From the NCBI GenBank assembly GCA_015680685.1, contig MNCI01001451.1, positions 799,228-863,227 of the forward strand: 64,000 bases of DNA. The letters run 5' to 3'. Source of the DNA: Gnetum montanum (Eukaryota > Plantae > Gnetophyta). The notes beneath the pieces are model-generated. The model was not told the origin of the DNA. It ran no database searches and saw nothing but the letters and a program-made list of their open reading frames with translations. Of the stretch, positions 49,951 to 62,049 are shown one piece after another (position 1 is the stretch's first letter; every line of letters starts with the position of its first letter). Both the position numbers and the translations under genes were made by a program.

Positions 49951-50968
49951 TGTTGGTGTTGGAAATCTTAATTTTTGAAATGGAAAAATCAAAAGATCTA
50001 AGTGCTAGAATAGTTTTAACCCAAATCCCAAAAGCCTTCAATAAAATGGAATTTAGGATACCCTAGTTAGTCTTGCCGATCACCCAGGGACTTATGGAAT
50101 GTAAACAAAAATGGCTATGAAAATGTAAATGTAATTGTAGATGAAATTAAAAATGAAAACATAAATGCAAAAATAAATGGACAAACATAAATGTAAATGG
50201 CTTTAGAAATGGAAATGGAAATGGTATTATAGTTGCAAATTTGAAATGAAAAGAAGTGCAGAAACAAAAATGCAAACTAAAAACTTGCATAACATGAATA
50301 ATAAACTTTATAAAAAATAAAGAATAAAGGTTCATGAAGTACAAGTTTTGTGCCAAAAGCATAAGAAGTTGCTTGTGGAAGCTTGAAGTCCATTGGAGGA
50401 GAAGATAGGCTACATCCTACTTGAACTTCACAATCTAGTTTCTTCTTAGTTCCTATTTTTAGCAACTTTCTTCTGCTTTCCACTAGGGTCTATAACGAGG
50501 TTATGAAAATGGATTTCCACTAGGGTATGCATTGGCCATTGTTGACTTGCGATGACTATGCTAGATACTATTGGAAAAATGGGAATTCCAAAAATTTCAA
50601 TGTTGCACTTCTATTGGGTCTTGGTGGTGACAATGCTAGCTACTGTGGCTACTATAACTACTATAGCTATTGTGTTTATTGAAAATGGCTCTAGCATGGT
50701 TGGGGCTATACCCCTATAAAACCCATGAAAATGCCAATTTTAGCCATCCCCAAGGAATTTGTAGCCTTCCCAAACCTAGATATAGACATCAGATACCTTT
50801 TTCTAGTTGGGAATTAAGGTAGTAATAACTTTTGAAGCATTTTTTTGGTCCCAAAAAGTTGAAGTATGCAAGATTGTAGCTTTCAAACTACATATGTCAC
50901 ATTTACAATGAATACTTGTCTCAAATTAGGAAATGAAGGTTTCAACATGGATTTTTGATGGTGTTTCA
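49951..50968 (-). repeat. 3' LTR of Ogre/Tat element (about 570 bp shorter than the 5' LTR)
   Basis: Colinear with 62050-~62620 and ~63220-63633; termini TGAA...CCAACA on the minus strand. Confidence 0.9.
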
Positions 50969-51927
50969 TTGGATCCTCTTTGTTAATATTTGGAGGATTG
51001 ACCTAAGAGACATCAACAAAGAATACAAAATATCATTGTAGGTTCATCACTAATGTTCCCTCTTTGTGCTTGATCTAGTAGTGTCGAACAATGCCCAAGA
51101 GCACTTGTGATGATGGGAGAAGGTTACGATGTGAATCAGTAGTGAGGTCATAGGAAAATGATCATGAAGGTTAATAATGATTCCAAATTGTTGACATCAT
51201 GGCTACAGTGTGGCATAGACATATTGGTTAATCCATTTGGGCTTCACAATCTAGGATTTGAAGTGTGGTTCTCTTGGAAAATGTCTTTGAGAAACCAACA
51301 CCTCACTCCAAGGTTAGTTCGACTATTAGGATCTTCCCTTTGTATGTTTGGAACCATTGGTCTATCCTTTAGGATTCATTGACCACTTAGCTTTTTGGAA
51401 ATTTGCTTCCCCTTCTTTTTCTTGTGGGGTGAAACCTTCATTGGGTTTCTTTGCCAAAGTTGATTTTGATTTAGTTTCCCATCGAGTGAGATGTGTTACA
51501 CTTAACGAAATAAATGGTTTTCCATTGAATTGAGTGTGGTACATTTAATGGACTTGACAATGAAGCATGACGAAGGGATGTTGTATGACCATAGTGCATG
51601 AGTGTCAAACATTAGTCAACATTATCATCTAAGGTAAGAAAGGTTATAATCAGGCTATGGGGTTGGCCTCAGGGAAGTGGTAATGAAAATGATATGAAAT
51701 AAGAACTCTTGGCATTGGAGGACAAACTCATCGAATCTTGAACATTGAGATCATGTGGTGACTTGCCACCATGATGAGTTGCATCTCCATGATGACTCCA
51801 AGCTCCATCCTACAAACACAACTTCAAGATAATAAGAAAAATAGATGAGAAAAATCATGTTGTTATAATGAAATACACAAGGCCATGTAGAATAGTCAGT
51901 AAACCTAGTTATCAAATGTTACATGCA

Positions 51928-52102
51928 TTGCCAGTTTAAGGCCATGGTAGGCCATGATGCTAGTTTAAGGTCTTAGCATGTTGTGTTGTCAGTTTAAGAC
52001 CTTGGCAGCTGTGTTGTCAATTTAAGGCCTTGGTAGGTCATGTCACTAGTTTAAGGCCCTAGTAGACTGTAGTTCTAGTTTAAGGCCATGGAAGGCCATG
52101 GA
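51928..52102. repeat. Minisatellite, ~29-bp unit x6
   Basis: Recurrent CAGTTTAAGGCC(A/T)TGGTAGGCC..G.TG; further copies near 52645-52700 and 52975-53000. Confidence 0.9.
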
Positions 52103-53089
52103 AAGTAGGCTCACTTGTTGATTATTATCAACTACATGTAGTATGGCTTTAGATAGGAATGATTGACTAGATCGGCCAACTCATTCCCATTAATGTCTAC
52201 AATCTGGTAGGCCCTATTGCCATAGGCCTTGGTGATCATGAAAGAACCTTTCTAGTTGACTAACAATTTGTCCACATGCTCATGAAAAACCTTGAAGACT
52301 AGGTCTCCTTCGTTAATCTTGCACTTGTTGAGGTCATGACAATGATGGGGTGTCCATACTCCAATCCTACATATCTACCATAAGAACATTAAGTAGTAAC
52401 TAGGTAACATAAGTAAGTATGCTAAAATGATCTAGAATACTATGGTAATTAGCCAAAATATAGCTTCTCATGGTTAAACAAGGTCAGAAAGGGTTATAAG
52501 AGGTCAAACAAAGGCTAAACAATGGGAACACAAAGGTTGAAAACTACGATAAAAACAAGTTGTAACATGACGAGATAAGGCTAAACCAATCAAGGTTGAA
52601 AACATAAGGTTAAACATGGTTAAATATGGTTATGATTTTTTTGCAAGTTTTAGGCCTTAGTGGGCCATGGTGCCAGTTTAAGGTCTTGGTAGGCCATGGT
52701 TACATGATGCAAAATGATGGTCAAATCGCATCATTTAACACCAATCCAAGGCTAAATAAGGATTAACAAAGGTCATAATAAGGAAACTAAGGTGAATATG
52801 ATGATACTAAAGCTATGTAGAGGCTATGGAAGGCCAATTGATGGGAAATAAGGTCAACAATGAAAAATAAGATAAAAAAACAAGTTACAACACCATGAAA
52901 TAAGGTCAAACCCATGAAAATGAAATACATGTGGTAAAACTTGGCTAATACTACTTAAAAAGGATTAGAGTTTTGCTAGTTTTAGGCCTTAGTGGGCCAT
53001 GATATGGGGCTACAGGGTTGCTAGGAGAGTTTGGGTACCTGAGGAGGTCATTCTAGTGCTATTTTGAAGAAAAATTGGCATCTTTTGTT

Positions 53090-56000
53090 GTGACTACACT
53101 AGGCCCTACTAGTGACTACGCTGGCCTAGCATAGCCCTACCTTCCTCTAGTGTAGTTAACATTAAGGGGTAGTTTCCAAAGCTTGGTATGGTCATTTTTG
53201 GACTTCCAATGATCTAAACAAATAGCACAAGAGGTAGGTATTGAATATTGGTAAGTTTTGACATCATTTTGGCTTCTCAAAAAGTTGAAAATCTTAATTC
53301 TAGAAGTGACTACATTGGGGTAACATGTACTAGTGTAGTCAACAAGAATGACTAAGTTTGTATGGTTTCCAAGGTTGAAATAGAGTGAAATTTGCAATTG
53401 GAAGCCATGGAGGCAAGGTTCTGGTCATTTTAGATCAATTTTGGACAATTTTGAGCTACTTACTATCATTCTTTATTCCTATGTTTTACCTCCCTATTAG
53501 GACTATGCTAGCCTTACATTATCCTTAGCTTCTTCAGTGTAGTCTTGCATGGAAAATGGATTTTGGTGAGTTTTGAAGCTTAATTGACCATCGTAATGGG
53601 CTTGTGGGGTCACTGGTGTTGTTAGCTAGTGTTCTAGTGTAGAAATTGCTAGTTTTCATGCATGTTTGGGCCTTGGATTATCCAACACCTTGGGATTACA
53701 CTAGACATGTAGTGCTTAGAATAGTTGATGGATTTGGGATGAGAAGTCGTAAGAAAAGATGCATTTAGGTTTTATTTCCCAAGGTTCTAAGGTTTGGGCA
53801 TGCTCTGGCAAGGTTCTGGATCTCTTTGTGAGTTAATTTAGGAAATTTTGAAGCTATTGTGTCCATACATAGGTGGACTACACTAGGCCTAGGTAGGAAC
53901 TACGTTGGCCTAGCATTGTCCCAATCTCATATCAATCTAGTAAGTTTGGAAAAATTGAAACAATCAAGTTTTACTACCAAAATTGACTCTGGTGGGCTCC
54001 AAGACTCCTAAAAGTGAGCTTTGAGCAATATTGAATAATTTTTTGGCAAATTTAGATGGACTATGCTAGGCTTGGGTAGGGACTATGTTGGGCCAACATA
54101 GACCTAATCTTCTCCAGGATAGTTACATTCCCAAGTTGAAGAAGACTAAGTTCTATTGCGAAACTTGACTTTGGTAGTGTCCCAATGCTTCTAGAAATGA
54201 GTCTTGAGTTGTGTTTGGTAGTTTTTTGAATGGTTTAGGTAGACTATGCTAGGCTTGGGTAGAGACTATGCTAATCCAATGTAGTCCTAGTATTCTTTAG
54301 CATAGTCTAGGCTTCGATGGTCAAAAATGGCTAGAAAAAGTATATTTCATTTCAAAATAGAATCTATTGAGGCTCTAGGATTTATCAAAAGTGTATTTTT
54401 TATTCTTTTTCTTTCAATGTTGAGAAATTGGAAGTGAACTACAATGGGGTTCGAGATGAGAATATGTTGGCCTAGTGTAGTCCTCTTAGTCTTCAGCATA
54501 GTCACACTTTGGAATAGGAAATATGGATTTCTATGAAAAAAATTAACTTTGACAAGGTCCTAGGGTTTATTGGCAGTGGATTTAGGTTATTTTTGGCTAT
54601 TTTATTGGATTTATCATGGACTATGCTATGCTCTAGTAGGGGCTATGCTTGCCCAGCATAGTCCCATCTTTCCCTAGCATAGTCAAGGTGGTGGTTGTCA
54701 AAATAGTAAAAATGGAAGGTTTTGGTGGTCAAACAAGCTTTGGTGGTAAGCTAGACTTTATCAAAAGTGGATTTTGTGTCCTTTTGGTCAATTCTTGAGT
54801 AGTTTGGTGTGGACTACGCGTGGGTTTGATGGGGACTATGCTGGCCAAGCTTAGTTCTAGTCCCTCCTCAGCATAGCCATGGTTTGATTGTTCAAAAATG
54901 ATGAAATTTGTCTTAATTACAAGGTATGATGGTCTCAATGTGTCTTAGAAAAGTATTTTAGTTGAAAAATGGTGTTTTATTAGTTGAATTTGACTTGGTT
55001 TAGAATTCAAGATGTGAACTATGCTAGGCTTGGATTGGAACTATGCTAGCCCAGTGTAATTCCAACTTTCCATCAATGTAGTCTAGGCTTGGGATGATCA
55101 GTAGAGGTTTACATGGTCAACAAACGTTCCAACAAGGCCTTAGGACTTCCCAAAATCAAATTCAGGCTATTTTTGAAAATATTTTGGTTAATTTTCTATG
55201 GACTACGCTAGGCCTGGGAAGGGACTACATTGGCTCGGTGTAGTTCCCACTTCCCTCCAATGTAGTTAAGGTGGAAATCATTAATGGTGGAATATGCAAG
55301 TGAAGTAGTCAATCACACTTAAATAGGGTTTTGGAGTTTGTTGATAGTAGGTTTAAGTCACTTTTAACCAATGTTGATTAGCTTTTGGTGGACTATATTG
55401 GGCTTAGACTAGGACTACATTGGCCTAGTGTAGTCACCCTCTTTCATTAGGGTAGTCAAGTTGGTAGGTTTAAAAATTATGAAAAAAAGATAGGTTTTAT
55501 GTAAAACAAGTTTAAATTGGGTTCTACAATTTTTGGAGGTCAATTTACATTATTTTTTAATGGATTTTGTTAATTTTTGATGGACTACATTAGGCTTAGG
55601 TAGGGACTATAGTGGCCTAGCATAGTACCAACTTTCCTCTAGTGTAGTTGGTGTCTAGACATGGAAAAATGGGAAAACTAGCAAGGAGTATCTTAGTTTT
55701 CAATTCCAAGGTGTTTTGGGGTTATTGAGTGGTAGGTTGAATTGGAAGATGGATTGTCCAAGGCATTCTAGGTGGACTACACTAGTTAACATCGGTGCTT
55801 GAGCAAGCCTAATGTAGTCACTCTTGACAAGCTACCTGTGAGTTGAAAATTGGTGAATTGTTTCCTCCATGTTTGGCCTATTAGGGTTCTAAGGTCTTTA
55901 GATGTGGATTTGGGTTTGTGCATGATAGATTTGTGGGTTTTTAGTGGGCTACCCTAGGTACCTACTAGGACTACATTTAGCTAGCATAGTCCTCAACATA

Positions 56001-56785
56001 GTTGCATGTAGGAACTTAGATTTGTGTACTTTCTATTGATTGATCAACATTTTAAGGTCACCAAGGGTTGTATGAAAGTGTGAAGGTTCTGAGATGCAAT
56101 ATTAAAGGTGCATGATGATTTTCCTTACTTATTTAACCCTTAAACCATAAGACTACATTGGTCCAGGATAGTCCCTAAGTTTCCCCAACATAGTCATAGG
56201 GAAAAAGGAAACACTTGCACTATTTTACTGCAATTGGCCATGTCTCAAGCTTGCCAAGAGGTCAGACTAGGGTTTAGAGAGAAGGTATGTCACTTTAGAG
56301 TTGATTGGATTCTGGATGAAATGGATGGATATCTTGGGGTTGAAGGGAAGCAAGATGTCTTACTAGACTATGCTAGGCCAATGTAGTTCATTTCTAAGGC
56401 CAGTGTAGTCTTATGTTAGATCAATTTTTCATGTGAATTTTGAAGCTTCTTGCAACCCCATGTATGTTAATACTTCCTTGCTAGGTTGGTTGGGAGGTCT
56501 TGTCATGGATGGGCATTGGAGTTTTTTGGAAAATGGATGGGAATTAGTATGAAGCAAGGTTTCGATGAGCTTCAAGCTTAGTGTAGTCATTGTGATAACT
56601 TGCTTGCCTAATGCCTAGTAGGACCCACACAAAATTAGCATGTTTTTTTTCAAAAATATCCCATAGCCCCAACACAGTCTTTAGTTCCAATTTTATCTCC
56701 ATGTAAAGTGGAGTTGTGCATAGAAAATTTTGGGGGTTGATAAAATATGTCGTATATTCCAAGGCTTTCCTAGCATAGTCAAGCT
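53090..56785. repeat. Array of ~68-bp nested-palindrome cores at ~190-bp period within the Ogre 3' region
   Basis: Core GGACTACGCTAGGC-N8-GGACTACGCTGGCC.AGCGTAGTCC-N12-AGCGTAGTC (in deaminated variants) starts at ~53875, 54058, 54241, 54437, 54618, 54811, 55015, 55200, 55390, 55582, 55774 and 55946. Partial cores lie on either side. Confidence 0.92.
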
Positions 56786-57756
56786 TGGAAGTCCAACATC
56801 CTGCAAGAAGTAATGCCAATTTTGAATTATTTTAATATGATAATGGCTATATATTTTAATTTTTTAATGTTATACGATTATTACTTAGTGTTTTTGGATC
56901 AATTTGGCTTTTGAACCACTTGATTCTTCCTTACGGTTAATTTTTTATGGGTCTTTTTGTCAGGTTGTCTCAAGTGGGTTTTCAACTCTTGGCTATTTTT
57001 AGGGGTAAATTTGGTATGTTTTAGTAAATGGTTATTAATTTTTGATTTTTATGGTTATGAGTACTTAGTTCATTGTTCAAGGATTCCAATGGTGGTGGAA
57101 TCGTCAAATTTGGATGAACGGTTTGATCTTGGCGAGTGTTTCCATCAGCTTCCATAGAATGGGGTTTTGCCTATGATGGTCACAGTCATGTCATTTTTTT
57201 ATGTTTTCTATTTATGGGTTATAGTTCATGATTTTACAATTCCAACATCTATAAAATCATCAAATTGCATTAAGTGGTTAATTTTTTACATACATTTTTG
57301 TAAAGTTGTGTGAAATTGAGGTTTTAAGGTTATTTTGCATTTACCCTTGTGAAAAATGTTTTCCATCAATGTCCCATGATCTTGGGGTTTTTAAAGTGTT
57401 AGGAAAAGTTTAGAAGTGGTTTAGATTAAATTAAATTTTTTTTGATAATTCTTGTAAATGATTTTCCATGGCCATTCTTGTGTAAAGTATAAATTTCGGT
57501 TGAATTTCAGTTATGGACTTAGATTGTGTTTTGGGTTTTTTCTAAGCATGGAATCTAATGTAGAAACCAAAATCTTAGTTTCACATTGTCATTCCAATGC
57601 TTTTGGTTTTACTCTTTGATTTTTTCTATTTTTGGCTATAAACTATCATTTTCCTATTTTCGGTTGTAAATGGTCATTTTTGTATTTTTGATTGTAAACT
57701 ATTATTTTGTAGGCTAGAAGGATGTAAACTAAGTTGTAAACAGGCTATAGATGTTT

Positions 57757-57880
57757 ACCATTTTAAGGCCATGGTAGACTATAGGGTTGCTAGTTTTAGG
57801 CTTTAGCAAATTGTAGGGTTGCTAGGTTTAGGCCTTAGTAGGCCATACAGTTGCTAGTTTTAGGCCTTAGCAAGCCATAA
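57757..57880. repeat. Minisatellite, ~32-bp unit x4, same family as 51928-52102
   Basis: GTTGCTAGTTTTAGGCCTTAG.A.GCCAT repeats. Confidence 0.88.
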
Positions 57881-58199
57881 TCCATACTTGCCTAGTAAGT
57901 ATGGGATGCTCTCGAAAGGGCATATAAGGCTAAAACCAACCATGAAACATGATATAATGTTGCAAAAGTAAACTAATGGCCATTAGCAAAAGTAAGGGTA
58001 GGACATTTAATATGAACTTGCTTGATCTTTGAGAGATCAAGTAATCCTTTTGGCATGATTCTACAATCACCATTTCTCTCGTTTAGCATGGTAAGTTGTA
58101 GGCATTTTTGTTGATTGTCTTATGTCACAAAGTTGGTATTATCGACATTGTTGTTGTTCTCATGGTTGCTAGTCCTAGCTTGAGTGTTGGGAGTTTTCT

Positions 58200-58870
58200 C
58201 TTGAAACTCCACCTTTGAACCTTGGTCAATGTTGACATAGTTAATTGAAGGAACCACCACATTGTCCCCACAGATCACAATTTTCTCACCCTCATATGGT
58301 AAATGGATCTCCTAGTGTATAAGAGATGAAATCACTTGAAGCTTTGCTAACCAAGATCTTCCTAGGATTAAGTTGAAGATAAGTGTCTCCTCATCCACTA
58401 GGAAGTTAACAGATGTACAAAATTACTCATTGGCTACAAAATCCAAGGAGATGGAACCTCACACCACTACTCATGAGCTATTAAATGATTTGAGTGCTAA
58501 GGTAGTGGTCACTTGGATCTTCTAGGTTAAGCCTAATTTGTCAACAATGGAATATGGTATCACACTAGTGGCAGCCTCATCATCCACATGAACATGATGA
58601 ACCTTATATCTGCTAACATGTATAGTAATAAGGAGAGGAGTAGATCACACTTCTCTACTTTGAGAGTTAATCTTTATTTCACTATCATGGAAGTTGAGCA
58701 TTGGTTGATGTCCATTTTCCCTAAGTAAGGCTTGCTCAATGATAGAATGGATTGATTCTTTGTTGGTGGACATGTCTCCACTCATAGGGATAGAGGCTAA
58801 TACTTTAGCTAGTGCATCCCTATGAGTAGGAGAAGTCATGACCAGGTCGTACAAGTTCAATGACATGTTC
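58200..58870 (-). pseudogene. Ogre/Tat protease region remnant
   Basis: MSLNLYDLVMTSPTHRDALAKVL, VHVDDEAATSVIP and FNLILGRSWLAKLQVISSLIH*EIHLPYEGEKIVICGD. Confidence 0.82.
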
Positions 58871-59372
58871 TTTTAGTTTAGGGATCATTTGGCTTTTTCC
58901 ATTGTTATGAGGAATCTCTCTTCCTTGGCATGTGATGTGTCAATCTTGGTGGTTCTAACCTCCTTCAACCTTCCTAGAGTTTGTATCTTGGGTTTCAATC
59001 CATGTGCCTTAAGTCTTGTCCATGGGTGTAGTTGGTCTTGGTGTAGGTCTTGGTTGGTTACCTTCAGTAGGCTTATTTGTTGGTTTGGTGATAGGTTACT
59101 TTTGCCATCATTGGAGTGATGGTTTCTTGCTAACCTCTAAGTTGTGGACCACTAGAGGTGAGCTTTTATCATGGGTTGTTATAGGCTTATTTGTTGAAGG
59201 TGAAGGTACCCAGATAACAAATGGCTCCCTAGGCATTGGAGGATTATCAAATCATGATCTTGGTTGTGATATTGATGCCACTAAATGTGGGACATGTATG
59301 ATGAAGGGATTCTTAGGGGCCAAAGGAGGTGGTACCCATATAATAAAGAGCTCTCTAGGCCTTTTTTTGGAC

Positions 59373-61400
59373 CTATGGTGGTACTCTAATAGCAAAAAAT
59401 TCCCTAGGAGGATTACACCGTTTGGTTTCTATGAATGACACTACGGTATAGGAGTTGTTGTTGGCTTTTGGAGGGTTGGGTTGATTCAACACTAACTCTT
59501 CATGGTCTATCATCTTTTGGGGGTCATCTTTTAATTCTAGACAAAAATCAGTGTCATGAGCAGCTAATTGATGATAGTAGCAATACCTATCCAATTTGAA
59601 GTACTTTGGTAGCCTTGGATTATCTTCGATAACTATCGTTGGATCTCTAGCTACATCACAAAGATGATCATGCCTCTTATGAGCCTTCTTAGACAGTTGC
59701 TTATGTTGTATATGGCTATTTCCAAGAAACTATTCTGGAAGCTTAGAGGGCTTTAGAGGTAACCTTGTGTACTTAGATGTATCCTTTTGTCCAAAGTTTG
59801 GTCTTGGTTGATTTGGGGCATTGGAAGTGGATGGTTGTGATGAGTCCTAGAATGTGTTACATTGTAGTGATGTCCACATTTTCCCTTGTTATGTCTTTTT
59901 TGATATTGCAACAATGGTTGTATGTTCTTGCTTGGTTTTGTTCTTATCCATCCTTGCATGTTGGCTTTTTTAGGCCACATAGGCTAGATCAGCTTGCCTT
60001 AGCTACCTCCTCAATGTTCTTGGTTTGTGAGAAGGCTTAGCTTAGTGACTGGGTCTCTAGGTAGTAGGAATTTGACTTAATAAAGTAATTTATTGCTCTC
60101 ATGTAAGTGACCAAGAGGTGAGTTTTAGCAATAAGCTCTAGAATCTCATTAAGTGTCAAGTTCCACCTTTGGATGAACCTTTTCACTAGTTCAAGTGGTC
60201 CCTACCTTACCTTCATAAGCTAATCGAATGTGGCATTTGGCTTTAAGTTGTATCTAAAGTAGTTGAAAAATTGACTAATAAAGTCCTCAAAGGAAGAGAT
60301 GGAGCCCCTAGGCAAGGTTTGGCACCAATTTAGAGGCTTTCCCTTTAGAGACATGGGGAAAATCTATAGTATTGTATGAGGCCAAGCTTGTAAGAAGAGG
60401 CACTTAAACTAAAAGGTTACTAGATGTGCATTGGCATTCATTTCATCATTGTATTTGTTTAGGCAAGCCTACAAAGAAGGTTATTTTAGGCACCATAGGA
60501 CTTATAGGATCATCTTGGTAGAAATCTAGAACCTGGACCATTTAGGTTGTGTTGCCTTTAAGGTTTTGTAGTTGTTTGTTAAGGTCTTGGATAATTTAGA
60601 AAGCTTGATCCAAGCCTTGGGGAATCCCTGTGGGTTGTGGTGCTTGTGTTGATGATTGAGGAATAAGTTGTGAGGTTGGTGGTCTTGTAATGGGCTACGG
60701 TATTGAAGGAATAGGCTAGGTTATGGTGGTCATGGATGGGCTAAATAGCAAATAAGATGTTTGAGTTGGAATTTATGGTGTGAAGGGGATGAAAGAAGTA
60801 TGAGGGGCTTGTGTTGCTTATGGTTCCAATGAGGATCCCACTAGCATGATAAAGGGAGATGATGAGGTAGACATCATCGAGGCTAGGTGAATGAAGTGAG
60901 GTTGCATTGTAAAGGGTATTGATGATAATAAGGAAGTAGACTAAGACATAGGTTGTGTTTGGCATGTGGCGATGATGGGTGTGGACCCAAACATGGTAGG
61001 ATAGATGGGAGGAGAGTTGGATTGAGGGACTTATCCTATCAATGAGGTGAGAGATGTGGAGTTGGGTTCAATTGTTTTGGGGGCTATATATTGGAAAAGA
61101 GTTCCAATAAAGGTGTTTGACCTCAAACTCATCTTCCTCTTCTTGGAAATCCTCTAAGCTAATTCCATTAACTTATCAACTTGTATGAGTTGTATGAGCA
61201 TTTATGCATAAAAGTCTGTGAGGGGGATTTGGTCATAAGGGGATGGGATGTATTCTTTCCCATCTTGGCATATGATTTTGAATTGATGCTTAGTGTTAGA
61301 TTTAGAGCATGGTATCAAGAAAATGGATTGTATCTTGGCACAGAGGAAGTTGTAAAATTTCTCATTAATGACCATGAAATCTAGGTGTTTTCCTCTTTGC
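59373..61400 (-). pseudogene. Ogre/Tat gag remnant
   Basis: KYNDEMNANAHL..F, IFPMSLKGKPLNWCQTLPRGSISSFEDFISQF, and the Ogre/Tat-style RYCYYHQLAAHDTDFCLELKDDPQKMID. The start is approximate. Confidence 0.85.
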
Positions 61401-62028
61401 CTAAGCAATTTCCTTCACTATATGATCATAGGATCTTTTGGTTCATATGCATGAACTGCATCTTAGCTAGATACCATATTTATCAAGTCAAGGAGTAGTA
61501 TGGTTGATTAGTTGAAAGACATTATCAAAAGATGGTTCTAGCCATTTTATTATTTTTAGTAAAAAATGTAGTATGTAAGATAATCTACTAACGTAATAGA
61601 CTAGAAATAGAAAGGTAGTGGAAAATGATTACTAACTAGTGAAAAGGCAAAAAGAAAAAAGTGGTTTATCTACTAAATGGAAATGGGTGTTATAGTAGGA
61701 ATGACATTGAATGGAATGGAGTTGAATAAAATGGCATCTAATGGAATGGTGTTGAATGGAAATGGATGTCATAGTAGGAACGGGGTTGTAGTAGATAAGG
61801 GCATTGTAGTAGGCATAGGTGTCACAGTGAGATACATTGGCCTCTAGGAAACTAGCAATTACTATAAAATTGTAGCAAAACCCAACTCCACCACCACTAC
61901 TTTGCTAAGGCCTATGGAAATGGTTTTGACAATCAACATTAGTTTTAGAGGTATGATTGAAACATAGTAGGCTTGATGTTGGAAAAATGGTAGAAATGGG
62001 TTTATGGCCAAGAATTTGGATAGATGTA

Positions 62029-62043
62029 CTTCTTATAGCATTA
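62029..62043 (-). promoter_or_regulatory. Possible degenerate PBS (TGGCGCTAGAAGGAG type)
   Basis: TAATGCTATAAGAAG (10/15 match, mostly transitions), 6 nt inside the 5' LTR boundary. Confidence 0.4.
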
Positions 62044-62049
62044 GAAAAC

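Noticed and set aside
50147-50483. Hydrophobic ORFs here and at 62215-62574 resembling membrane proteins
   Set aside because: They are translations of A-rich LTR sequence duplicated in both LTRs.
53090-56785. CRISPR array interpretation of the palindromic cores with variable spacers
   Set aside because: The context is a eukaryotic retroelement with no cas genes; the repeats are degenerate and too long (~68 bp), and the ~120-bp spacers share composition.
59016-59438. 140-aa Gly-rich plus-strand ORF
   Set aside because: It is the antisense shadow of the Pro-rich Ogre gag-protease linker.
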